A stretch of 64,000 bases of DNA from Parcubacteria group bacterium Greene0714_7. Its GTDB lineage: Bacteria > Patescibacteriota > Minisyncoccia > Phycocordibacterales > Phycocordibacteraceae. The stretch spans positions 158,273-222,272 of the forward strand of contig VMHB01000002.1 of NCBI GenBank assembly GCA_007378985.1, read 5' to 3'. Each line of letters opens with the position of its first letter. Position 1 is the first letter of the stretch. The position numbers were made by a program, and so were the translations under genes. This document shows positions 9,214 to 17,695 of this stretch, piece after piece. The notes below the pieces were generated by a model that saw only the letters and a program-made list of their open reading frames with translations, was not told where the DNA came from and made no database searches.

Positions 9214-9540
9214 ATGACTTTTTCTTTTGATGATTTTAAGCGTGCAGAAATTCAAATCGGTACTGTCCGCTCTGCTGAACATGTTCCTGATACTGATAAA
9301 TTATTACGTCTCGAAGTTGATTTTGGGGAGGAAACACCACGACAAATTCTTTCTGGCATCGCTGAATATGTGAACCCCGCTGATCTTATTGGAAGACAAT
9401 TTCCATTCCTAACCAATTTAGAGCCACGAGTTATTCGTGGGCTTGTTTCCAACGGTATGATTCTTGCGGTGGGCGAAGGAAGTACTTTCGCTCTTTTGTC
9501 ACCAACAAGATTTGTTGATCCAGGAAGTCATATCCGCTAA
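9214..9540 (+). CDS. tRNA-binding (Myf/EMAP/CsaA-type) domain protein
   Basis: FKRAEIQIGTVRSAEHVPDTDKLLRLEVDFGEE matches tRNA-binding OB-fold domain. Confidence 0.75.
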   Translation: MTFSFDDFKRAEIQIGTVRSAEHVPDTDKLLRLEVDFGEETPRQILSGIAEYVNPADLIGRQFPFLTNLEPRVIRGLVSNGMILAVGEGSTFALLSPTRFVDPGSHIR

Positions 9541-9605
9541 GAAGTTTTCAAGTAACACTACGTGACCGACTCTTCGCCTCAGTCAAAGGGTTTATAATAA
9601 GAAGC

Positions 9606-10694
9606 ATGTCGTTTCGCACACGAACTCTTTCAATATTTCCACCACCATCTATTGTCGCAATGCCATCCGCAGGTATTGATATTTCAAATAACTCTATTAA
9701 GTGTGTGGTATTGAAAAAAAATTCTCTAGGGCTTCGTGTGCAGTCATTTAATGAAAATCCTCTTCCGGAAGGAGTTGTTATTGACGGCGACATTGAAAAA
9801 CATACCGCCGTTGTTGATATTTTACGCTCATACAGGCTTCGTCATGGAGTGCGCTACGCTATGGCAAGTATTCCTGAGAAAAAAGCATATCTATACCAAA
9901 CTTTGATACCTATGGGTGAATCCGATCTTCGTGCTGGCGTTGAGTTTGGACTTGAAGCGCACGTGCCGTTGCCTGCAAAAGATATGGTATTTGATTTTGA
10001 GGTAGTTCGGACTGTTCAAGCGGGGACAGTCGTTGCAGTTACGGCATATGCAAAGCGCGTTGTAGATGCATACGCAAAGGCTTTTAACGATGCAGGCATA
10101 GTGCTTCGATCTCTTGAGGTTGAGTCTCAGGCACTTGCGCGCGCCGTATTAAGTGCAGATGATCGGGCAGGTGTGGTTATGATTGTTGACCTTGGCAGGC
10201 AAACAACACGCATTGCCATAGCTGATGGGGGTGCTGTTTCTTTTACTTCGAGTATTGATGTGGGCGGTGATGTGTTGACTGAGGCCATCACAAAAAAATT
10301 GAGTATTTCTCCTGATGAAGCTGAGAAAATAAAAAAAGAGCGCGGGCTTCTTATGAGTATACAAAATACTGATGTAGTAGAAGCTCTTATGACAGCGATG
10401 TCAGTTCTGAAAGACGAAATAATGAGGCATCTTTCTGATTGGGGCACTCTGTCTGCCGAAGGTATTACAAAATTCCCTATAGAGAGAATAATCGTGTGTG
10501 GAGGTAATGCCAACATACGAGGATTTTCTGAATATCTTGAGACATTTATTCCCGTGCCTGTTGTAGTTGCTAATGTATGGACAAATGCATTTTCTCTCGA
10601 TACTTACATACCGCCAATGGAATTCCAAGAGTCTTTAGAATATGCAACAGCTATAGGGCTCGCACTTCGCGGGAGTAATACACTGCAATGGTAA
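9606..10694 (+). CDS. pilM: type IV pilus assembly protein PilM (actin-like ATPase fold)
   Basis: IDISNNSIKCVVLKK start, actin-like fold length 362 aa, followed by PilN/PilO-like genes. Confidence 0.7.
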   Translation: MSFRTRTLSIFPPPSIVAMPSAGIDISNNSIKCVVLKKNSLGLRVQSFNENPLPEGVVIDGDIEKHTAVVDILRSYRLRHGVRYAMASIPEKKAYLYQTLIPMGESDLRAGVEFGLEAHVPLPAKDMVFDFEVVRTVQAGTVVAVTAYAKRVVDAYAKAFNDAGIVLRSLEVESQALARAVLSADDRAGVVMIVDLGRQTTRIAIADGGAVSFTSSIDVGGDVLTEAITKKLSISPDEAEKIKKERGLLMSIQNTDVVEALMTAMSVLKDEIMRHLSDWGTLSAEGITKFPIERIIVCGGNANIRGFSEYLETFIPVPVVVANVWTNAFSLDTYIPPMEFQESLEYATAIGLALRGSNTLQW

Positions 10695-10758
10695 ACCCCA
10701 TTAGAAAATATGTCCGCATACAGTACATTACCCCGAGTCACTTCTCAGTGTTTTTAAT

Positions 10759-11334
10759 ATGAACAACAATTCAAAAATTTCTAAGGGGGTAAATCTACTC
10801 ACCACAAAAGATCAGATGAAACTCCGTGCTCGTTACTACATGGGAATCTTAAGTTCATTTATATTTGTACTCGTAGGTGTGTGTGTTTTGGGCACAGCAC
10901 TCCTCATGCCGTCTTATTTTTTAGCAGAGGCTGAAGCGAAGGCATCTGTCCGTGCCCTTGAGATGTCGCAAGAGAGCGTAGCGCTATATCAATCTTCTGG
11001 GGTTGTTCAGCAGGTATCACTACTTAAGGAGCGACTTATGCTTCTTAAAGAGTACAACGGCATACAAACAACACCGCGTGTCTTAGCAGAGCTCACGACA
11101 CGCGTTCCTGAGGGTGTGCAGGTCAATTCGATCGCTCTTGTGTTTACTGGTTCTGGGGTGGGCACTATTTCAGTTTCCGGTAAAGCAAAAACACGCACCG
11201 CTCTCATTAATTTTGGGAAACAAATTGAAGTAGTGCGTGTGTTCAAAGGAGCATCGGTTCCTATCTCGAACCTAGTAAATGAAACCAATATTGATTTTTC
11301 AATACCGTTCTCTTTTGACATAAAAACACAATGA
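10759..11334 (+). CDS. pilN: PilN-like fimbrial assembly protein (single TM plus coiled coil)
   Basis: N-terminal cytoplasmic basic stretch, one TM, periplasmic coiled coil; operon position after pilM. Confidence 0.55.
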   Translation: MNNNSKISKGVNLLTTKDQMKLRARYYMGILSSFIFVLVGVCVLGTALLMPSYFLAEAEAKASVRALEMSQESVALYQSSGVVQQVSLLKERLMLLKEYNGIQTTPRVLAELTTRVPEGVQVNSIALVFTGSGVGTISVSGKAKTRTALINFGKQIEVVRVFKGASVPISNLVNETNIDFSIPFSFDIKTQ

Positions 11335-11852
11335 AAAAATTTACCCCACTCATACTTGGATGCGTCTGCCTCGTAGTTACTGTAGGTTTATTTTTGTTTA
11401 TTAATGCGCGTATTTCTGGATTCGTGACAACTATTGCAAAAGCGAAAGAGGGTTCATTTTCTACAGATACTCGCGACCAAGCACTCAAGCGAGCGGATAC
11501 GTTAATTGCTGAAACAGCGCTAAATCGCGCTGAGTTGGCGACATTTATTGTCTCTGATAGCGATTCAGTTCGCCTTATTGATACCATTGAGGCTACTGCG
11601 AAGCGTGAGCGTGTTACTGCAACTATTGGGTCTGTTACCGTAGTTCCTACTGAGTGGACATACCATGAATTGGTGCGTGTTGTTTTTTCTGCCCGAGGTT
11701 CTCTGACCGCTATGACACGCTTTGCGTCTGCGATTGAGACATTGCCGGAGGCATCTCGACTTGCAAATGTTTCTTTTGAGATTTCTGATGCCAATGTTTG
11801 GTTTGCGACATTTACTGTAGACTTTATAAAAGAAAAGAGTTCAAAACCATGA
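11331..11852 (+). CDS. pilO: PilO-like pilus assembly protein
   Basis: single N-terminal TM, periplasmic domain, operon context; 4-nt overlap with upstream gene. Confidence 0.5.
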   Translation: MKKFTPLILGCVCLVVTVGLFLFINARISGFVTTIAKAKEGSFSTDTRDQALKRADTLIAETALNRAELATFIVSDSDSVRLIDTIEATAKRERVTATIGSVTVVPTEWTYHELVRVVFSARGSLTAMTRFASAIETLPEASRLANVSFEISDANVWFATFTVDFIKEKSSKP

Positions 11853-12148
11853 ATCAGTCTACCGGCAATAATAATTTTTTCGCATCATTTTTACATCCGA
11901 ATCCAGAGCGTGACTGGTTTTTTGTACTTAGTATAGTATTAGTCCCATTTATTTTTTTTATAGGGTACGCAGCATATTTGTTTTTTGGTATACAGTCGGG
12001 TTTAGTGGTACCAAGTACGCTCACCTCATTCCCCGCACAGACGATAACTGAAGAAGAGATTCAGTTAGCTTTGGATTCGTATCGTAGTCGTAAAGCACGC
12101 TATGAAATAAATGTAGTCCCGAGTATTCCTATAGGTACCACTCGTTAG
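11849..12148 (+). CDS. small membrane protein (possible PilP-like), hypothetical
   Basis: ATG at 11849 overlapping pilO stop; one TM. Confidence 0.35.
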   Translation: MNQSTGNNNFFASFLHPNPERDWFFVLSIVLVPFIFFIGYAAYLFFGIQSGLVVPSTLTSFPAQTITEEEIQLALDSYRSRKARYEINVVPSIPIGTTR

Positions 12149-12325
12149 TTTGCATCGAAAACCGCCCTAATAGGACCGTAGGGGTTGAAGTGAGGATAAT
12201 AGGGAGGTAAGCTTCCGAAAGGAGAAGATAGTGAGCCCCGTAAGCATTTTTGTTTCTTGCACAAAAAGCTTTCAGGGCCTTCGCTCGAAGAAAATAAACA
12301 TGCATGTTTGTTTTCCTTCTCGCTC

Positions 12326-12500
12326 GGCCCTGTAGTTTAATGGATAAAACAGGAGACTTCTAAGCTCTTGATCGAGGTTCGATCAGGGGCGTTGGGCGAG
12401 GAATCGAAAGACGGACTGAGGCTTTGCGAAGGAGTCCGGGCAGGAGCCACTTAACGAGTCTGCGAGTTTAGTGAGCTGACGCCGATTCCTCGCGGGGCTA
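12326..12500 (+). tRNA. tRNA-Arg(TCT)-like gene interrupted by ~100-nt insertion within the T-loop (intron or tRNA pseudogene)
   Basis: 5' part folds perfectly: acceptor GGCCCTG, U8, D-stem GTTT/AAAC, anticodon loop CTTCTAA, T-stem 5' CGAGG plus TTCGAT; matching T-loop remainder, T-stem 3' CCTCG and acceptor 3' CGGGGCT-A are found only after 12484; insert 12384..12484 flanked by CGAT direct repeat. Confidence 0.45.
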
Positions 12501-12526
12501 CAAATTTAGTTCATGGTGTGCGAGAC

Positions 12527-13219
12527 CTATCCCTTTAATCTTTTCAGCAATGGCCAAAAAATGTCCTCTTTCGGTGCAATCTTCAATTCTTTCTTATTTG
12601 TTTTTTCTACAGACTCAACAGGAGCTTCAGTGATAAGCGTCAGTGGTTGTTGTTCGCTTCCTTCGCCCATAACGAGCGTGCCGGCAGTAGCTAGGCTATC
12701 AGCAACATTGGTACGCGACATCCTCATTTGTCTTCCAAAGATATCTTTCTTTCCTCGGTAATCTCGCACCCCCTTAAAGCCTGCATATCCAAGCGCGGCG
12801 CCCACCACACCAGCTCTGAGGGGCATGAGCGCGCTATCGGCAATTATGATACCGAGATTTTTTACTCGGTATTTTTTTTGCAATATTTTTCGCAAACGCT
12901 CCGCTGAAGCAAAACTGTCTTTTGGTAGAAGTACCAATTCTCCTTGCGCATTTGATTCGTCGATACCGGCGTTTGCCATAATCATTCCGCTCTTTTCAGT
13001 AAGCCAAACTTTACCCACCTTGAGTGCCCACGAACTCTCTTTTTTTATCAGCGCATTTTTTTCAGATGTCTTTGCAGTCCGACCTTCGGAAAGGGCAACA
13101 ATTTTTGATGTGACGACGAGAATCGAACGCTCTGGAATTTTTTGCACATGCTCTACAATAAACACCGAGAGATCTTCATCTTTTTTGAACATTCGCGTTT
13201 TGATTGCCTGTATATGCAT
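12527..13219 (-). CDS. CofE-like F420-0:gamma-glutamyl ligase family protein, paralog 1
   Basis: VVTSKIVALSEGR, NAGIDESN, GVVGAALGYAGF, NVADSLATAGTLVMGEGSEQQP motifs characteristic of CofE/FbiB N-domain family. Confidence 0.65.
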   Translation of the reverse strand: MHIQAIKTRMFKKDEDLSVFIVEHVQKIPERSILVVTSKIVALSEGRTAKTSEKNALIKKESSWALKVGKVWLTEKSGMIMANAGIDESNAQGELVLLPKDSFASAERLRKILQKKYRVKNLGIIIADSALMPLRAGVVGAALGYAGFKGVRDYRGKKDIFGRQMRMSRTNVADSLATAGTLVMGEGSEQQPLTLITEAPVESVEKTNKKELKIAPKEDIFWPLLKRLKG

Positions 13220-13309
13220 ATTCTCTGAATAAGATAGCAGTATAGTATAAAGTAACGATCGTTACTTTATACTATACTGGTTAATCTCAATGAATCCGGT
13301 TCCAGCGGA

Positions 13310-13843
13310 TTATTTTTTTAAGCGGTAGTGAAGAAGAATCGCACTCTTTGCGTTGAGTTTTTTTACCGAGACGAGTTCAAATCGTCGTGTGTGTGAGCCG
13401 TTCGAAAACATTGGGATTCCTCGTCCGAAGACCAGTGGTTCTATAGTGACATAGAGCTCATGGAGGAGATTATTGTCGAGCATTGTTTGGTACACTCGCG
13501 CACCACCAACTATGGCGACCGTTTTATACACTGAGAAGAGTTTTTTAAGATTCTGGCATGCCGGATTGACGAAGGTGACTGTGCCTTTTTTGAGCGTATT
13601 TTTTACCCTACTCGATAGCACAAAAGTTGTGCGTTTTTGGAGGCGGCTTTGAGCAGACAGGTACGTATTTCTTCCTACAACAACTACATCAGCATGCGCG
13701 AGTTCGCTCTGGAAGAATTTCCAATCTTCCTTGCTAGTCCAATCAGGAAGCTTCCTTTTTTCAAGTGAGATGCGTCCATCGATGGATGTTGCAACGTAGG
13801 CAACGAAGCGTGTTTTAAACAGAGGCTGGGTCTTTGGTTTCAT
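13310..13843 (-). CDS. RibD C-terminal / dihydrofolate-reductase-like reductase domain protein
   Basis: FVAYVATSIDGRIS...TVAIVGGARVYQTML; listed ORF extends to 13906 but would overlap upstream gene by 92 nt, so internal Met start favoured. Confidence 0.55.
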   Translation of the reverse strand: MKPKTQPLFKTRFVAYVATSIDGRISLEKRKLPDWTSKEDWKFFQSELAHADVVVVGRNTYLSAQSRLQKRTTFVLSSRVKNTLKKGTVTFVNPACQNLKKLFSVYKTVAIVGGARVYQTMLDNNLLHELYVTIEPLVFGRGIPMFSNGSHTRRFELVSVKKLNAKSAILLHYRLKK

Positions 13844-14477
13844 TCTTGTCTTTGAGTAAGCGTATCGCGACGTAGGAGAGTGGAGTATAGAGGAAGCCCA
13901 TAGCAACCTTGTAGAGCCACCAACTAAACATGATGCCTATAAGTGTTGATGTTGAGTACACACCTGTAAATGCAATTACCATGAAGATTACGGTGTCGAG
14001 AAATTGTGACCACACATTTGAGAGTGTTGAACGAAGCCAGAATCCAGACTTCCCTAAGAGCTTTTTGAAGAAGAAGAATGAAATAACATCCTGATATTGA
14101 GCAATAGCGAATGCGACTAGGGATGCGATTGCCATTCTGACGGAAATACCGAAGACCTGGTTGTATCCTTCGCTTACCCAAAGACCTCTTGGAGACCACG
14201 GCATTGCAATTGAAATGAATGAGTACAGGATGAAAAGTGCTGTAGCGATGAATCCTGCAAGTACGAAGAGTTTTGCAACTCGCTTTCCATACACTTCGCC
14301 AATGACATCGGTCATGAGAAATACAACGGGAAAAGAGAAAACAGCAACAGAAAGACCTGTACCAAAAAGGAATGGCATGATCTTAAGTCCGAGAGTGTTT
14401 GCGGCGAAAAGAGATGCAAGATAAATGGCAAGAGCTAAGAGAAGTTTTTTAAGTGATGATTCAGTAAATTGGAGCAT
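13815..14477 (-). CDS. queuosine-precursor transporter YhhQ family (DUF165), paralog 2
   Basis: multi-TM protein with same architecture as 7762..8433 gene (..TDVIGEVYGKRVAK.., ..FLDTVIFMVIAF..). Confidence 0.6.
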   Translation of the reverse strand: MLQFTESSLKKLLLALAIYLASLFAANTLGLKIMPFLFGTGLSVAVFSFPVVFLMTDVIGEVYGKRVAKLFVLAGFIATALFILYSFISIAMPWSPRGLWVSEGYNQVFGISVRMAIASLVAFAIAQYQDVISFFFFKKLLGKSGFWLRSTLSNVWSQFLDTVIFMVIAFTGVYSTSTLIGIMFSWWLYKVAMGFLYTPLSYVAIRLLKDKNETKDPASV

Positions 14478-14635
14478 GGTTCGTTAGTGTTTAGTTAAAA
14501 AATAAAAATAGCAGTATTCCAACTGCCCCAAATGAAAGACCTTAGTTAAACCCAGACCAACTTTTTTTGTGGCGATTATGAATCATAGTGTTTTTATAAA
14601 ACCCATGGTTCTCATAATAGCAAGAAGTTTGCTTC

Positions 14636-14711
14636 TGGTGCGCGGTGAGGGACTTGAACCCCCGACCTTCTCAGTGTAAATGAGTTGCTCTACCAACTGA
14701 GCTAACCGCGC
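14636..14711 (-). tRNA. tRNA-Val (anticodon TAC), CCA encoded
   Basis: reverse complement GCGCGGTTAGCTCAGTTGGTAGAGCAACTCATTTACACTGAGAAGGTCGGGGGTTCAAGTCCCTCACCGCGCACCA folds as canonical cloverleaf. Confidence 0.85.
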
Positions 14712-14996
14712 AAAGTGAGGAAGAGAATGTCCACGCTCTGCGTGAAGGAAGAGGAGGGTATCACATGCTTCATGTGTACGCTCTCTGAACCGCAGCGCGG
14801 GGAGCGTTTCGCTCGCAGCGCATAGTTCATTTCTTCCGAACGCCTGCGTGGGGAGCCTAAGCTCTCCGCGCATTTTTCTGGCAATAACTCCCCAGCTCTA
14901 CTACAGCAAGTGAGGGAGAAAGTGAAAGTCTCTTTCACTTTCTCCCGAACGCCGTTGCAGAAAGCTGTCCGACAGCTTACCAACTGAGCTAATCGC
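14712..14996 (-). ncRNA. tRNA-like 5' fragment (GGCGATTAGCTCAGTTGGTA...) fused to ~260-nt structured region with a 15-bp perfect hairpin; unclassified
   Basis: acceptor/D-arm-like 5' end closely resembling tRNA-Val 5' end but no anticodon arm, T-arm or matching acceptor 3' strand; hairpin GGGAGAAAGTGAAAG-tct-CTTTCACTTTCTCCC at 14914..14946; several long-range complementary segments. Confidence 0.35.
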
Positions 14997-15086
14997 CCGA
15001 ATTGCTCAGAGTACACTAAAAGTTTTTTTATTCCAATCACACATAAGATATTCTTCACCTCTATTTTTTTGTGATACCGTTTTGTT

Positions 15087-15431
15087 ATGAAACTGAGCCT
15101 TAAAACAGCGAGCGTTGTCCTAGGATACATAGGGTCTGTAAGTGCTGTGGTACTGCTATGGCGTGAGTCCTTTATGCTCACACTGACGCTTTTTGTGATT
15201 TCCGCACTGATGCTTGTGGTTCTCAGGAGTAAAAAAATCACGGCGGTCTATGTGTTTGTAGCGCTGTGGGGCCCTCTCACGGAAGCTATCGCAATTGCGA
15301 AAGGAGTATGGCGTTACGAATCGCCAGATTTTTTCGGCCTTCCTCTCTGGCTTCCATTTCTTTGGGGCGCCGCTTCTATTGTCATCACCTATTCGTACGA
15401 GTACCTCTCTCGTTTTAAAGATAAAAAATGA
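15087..15431 (+). CDS. small integral membrane protein (3 TM), hypothetical
   Basis: hydropathy only. Confidence 0.4.
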   Translation: MKLSLKTASVVLGYIGSVSAVVLLWRESFMLTLTLFVISALMLVVLRSKKITAVYVFVALWGPLTEAIAIAKGVWRYESPDFFGLPLWLPFLWGAASIVITYSYEYLSRFKDKK

Positions 15432-15560
15432 TACCGCGATACAATTTGCAATGCAGTCTTACTCCTTGCTCCGGTCGGCACTATTCTAGTAGAGTGCATG
15501 AAACTAACTGCTACGCATAGGAGTTTCTCTATTTGCCATCATCACCATCATTGATATTTT

Positions 15561-16238
15561 ATGAAATCTATTCAATCAGTCGGAGTTATCATGGACGGCA
15601 ATCGCAGGTGGGCGAAAGAGCAAGGGCTTCCGAGTCTGGAGGGACATCGACGGGGCTTAGATAAAGTGAAAGATTTAGTTTCGTGGGTGCAGGAGGCAGG
15701 AATTAAAGAGTTAATTTTATATGCGTTCTCTACAGAGAATTGGAATCGCAGTCCAGAAGAGGTTAATTACTTAATGAATCTTTTCGAAATGACTTTTGGT
15801 AAGGATGTAGATGACATCGTACAGAAAGGCGTGCGCGTAAAATTTATAGGACAACGCGAGCGCTTGCCCGTGAGTTTGCAGAAAAAAATGGACGAAGTTG
15901 AAGGACGCACCAAAGAAGGTTCAAAAGGTACGCTCATCATTGCACTGTCCTATGGAGGTCGTGCAGAGATTCTTGCGGGAGTGAATACACTTTTAGCGCA
16001 GAAAGTTGAAGAGGTGGATGAGGCTTCATTTCGAAAAGCACTCTGGGGAGGTGAGTTTAGCGACCCCAATTTGATTATCAGAACCGGAGGGGATAAGCGC
16101 CTTTCTAATTTTCTCACTTGGCAATCTGTTTACAGCGAACTCTTCTTTACCGATACGAAGTGGCCTGCGTTTGAGAAGGCTGAATTTGACTCAATTCTTG
16201 CGGAATATTCCCTGAGGGAACAGCGACGCGGTGTTTAA
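15561..16238 (+). CDS. uppS: undecaprenyl pyrophosphate synthase (cis-isoprenyl diphosphate synthase)
   Basis: MDGNRRWAKEQGLP... and ...LIIRTGGDKRLSNFLTWQSVYSELFF motifs. Confidence 0.85.
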   Translation: MKSIQSVGVIMDGNRRWAKEQGLPSLEGHRRGLDKVKDLVSWVQEAGIKELILYAFSTENWNRSPEEVNYLMNLFEMTFGKDVDDIVQKGVRVKFIGQRERLPVSLQKKMDEVEGRTKEGSKGTLIIALSYGGRAEILAGVNTLLAQKVEEVDEASFRKALWGGEFSDPNLIIRTGGDKRLSNFLTWQSVYSELFFTDTKWPAFEKAEFDSILAEYSLREQRRGV

Positions 16239-16244
16239 GTATCC

Positions 16245-16967
16245 ATGACGCCCGAAATAATTTTTGAAGATGATGATGTGCTGGTGGCAAACAAACCTGC
16301 TGGGATGTCTGTACATAAAGATGGAAAGCGAGAAGAAGAGACACTCGCCGATTGGTTTGCCCTGCATGTGCCGAGCGCTAAAGAGGTGGGGGAGCCGTTA
16401 ATCCTTACCAGCGGTGTGGTCGTCAATCGCCCTGGGATTGTTCACAGGCTTGATAAAGAAACCTCAGGAGTGATTATTCTCGCAAAGAATCAAGGGGCGT
16501 TCCTTTTTTTGAAGGAACAGTTCAAGGAACGACAAACAGAAAAGATCTATCGTGCATTTTTGTGGGGAGAATTAAAAGAACGAAGCGGAATTATTACGCT
16601 TCCTATCGGACGATCAAAAACTGATTTCAGGCGTCGTTCTGCTGAGCGAGGTGCTAAAGAGCCTCTTCGAGATGCAGTTACCGCATGGACACGCCTAAAG
16701 GTTGGTGGTGGATTTACCTATGTTGAAGTAAAGCCAAAAACAGGAAGGATGCATCAAATTCGTGTGCATTTTAAGGCACTACAGTATCCAATTGTGTCTG
16801 ACTCACTCTATGCGCCTAGGCGTAAGAAAGCACTCGGCTTTGACCGGCTGGCGCTCCATGCTCTCTCGCTTTCGCTTACATTACCGAGTGGGGAGCCTCG
16901 TACCTTTGAGGCGCCATTACCTTCCGATTTTGCCGAAGCGGAAAAGGTGCTAGGGACTAGGTTCTAG
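16245..16967 (+). CDS. RluA-family pseudouridine synthase
   Basis: catalytic HRLDKETSGVIILAKN motif. Confidence 0.8.
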   Translation: MTPEIIFEDDDVLVANKPAGMSVHKDGKREEETLADWFALHVPSAKEVGEPLILTSGVVVNRPGIVHRLDKETSGVIILAKNQGAFLFLKEQFKERQTEKIYRAFLWGELKERSGIITLPIGRSKTDFRRRSAERGAKEPLRDAVTAWTRLKVGGGFTYVEVKPKTGRMHQIRVHFKALQYPIVSDSLYAPRRKKALGFDRLALHALSLSLTLPSGEPRTFEAPLPSDFAEAEKVLGTRF

Positions 16968-17026
16968 TAGTTAATTCAAAAAAGCTAGCACCTAGAAGCT
17001 AAAACCTAGCCCCTAGTTGCTTCGGT

Positions 17027-17617
17027 GTGGAAAGCGTGTTATTTTTCGTCACTATGGTAGTAGCAATTGACCTCAAAACTATTTCTTCAGTGAATGTGGA
17101 AGAGCGCAAAAAGCTTGATATTCGAGCCGGAGACGTTGTTCGTGTTCACCAGAAAATTCAGGAAAAGGGCAAAACCCGTATTCAGATGTACGAAGGGCTT
17201 GTACTTGCACGAAAACACGGCACTGAAGCTGGTGCGACATTCACTGTCCGCGCTACTCTTTCTGGTGTTGGTGTTGAGAAAATCTTTCCCCTCTATTCTC
17301 CAATGATTGATAAGATAGACATTGTTCGTCGTTCAAAAGTGCGACGCGCAAAACTGTACTACATCCGCGATAAAGTCTCTCGTGAAATGCGTCGCCAGCT
17401 TCGTAAGATGAGCCTCGTGTCTTTGACAACAGGCAGTGACCGCGAAATGGCTGAAGCAGCATCTCTCGCTGAAGCAAAGGCTGCTGAAGATGCAGCTGCA
17501 GAAGAGGCAATCCGAGCAGAGCAGGCAAAAGCAGCTGAAGTCGTTGATGAGGCACCTATCGAAGTTTCTGAGCCTGTTACTCCCGAAGAAATAGAAGCAG
17601 CAAAAGAGGCGGTGTAA
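17027..17617 (+). CDS. rplS: 50S ribosomal protein L19 with Ala/Glu-rich C-terminal extension
   Basis: ...LDIRAGDVVRVHQKIQEKGKTRIQMYEGLVLARKHG... L19 core; true start may be internal Met at 17054; C-terminal ~70 aa low-complexity AEAKAAEDAAAEE. Confidence 0.8.
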   Translation: MESVLFFVTMVVAIDLKTISSVNVEERKKLDIRAGDVVRVHQKIQEKGKTRIQMYEGLVLARKHGTEAGATFTVRATLSGVGVEKIFPLYSPMIDKIDIVRRSKVRRAKLYYIRDKVSREMRRQLRKMSLVSLTTGSDREMAEAASLAEAKAAEDAAAEEAIRAEQAKAAEVVDEAPIEVSEPVTPEEIEAAKEAV

Positions 17618-17645
17618 GTTCAATATGTATTAAAACTGTGCAGAA

Positions 17646-17674
17646 ATGCACAGTTTTTCTTTTAAATAAATTGG
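17646..17674 (+). terminator. rho-independent terminator after rplS
   Basis: ctgtgcagaaatgcacag hairpin followed by tttttctttt. Confidence 0.6.
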
Positions 17675-17695
17675 TAGACGCTATATACTTGAGGT

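Noticed and set aside
12150-12520. RNase P RNA, tmRNA or SRP RNA in the pilus-operon/CofE spacer
   Set aside because: GAGTCCGGGC resembles the RNase P P4 5' strand, but no complementary CCCGGC 3' strand or other conserved regions are present. No tmRNA tag reading frame or 3' tRNA-like end exists, and no SRP domain IV motif is present. The interrupted-tRNA interpretation fits better.
14583-15241. Listed minus-strand ORFs 14583..14873 and 14702..15241
   Set aside because: They run through tRNA-Val and the structured tRNA-like region, and no motif supports them. Judged spurious.
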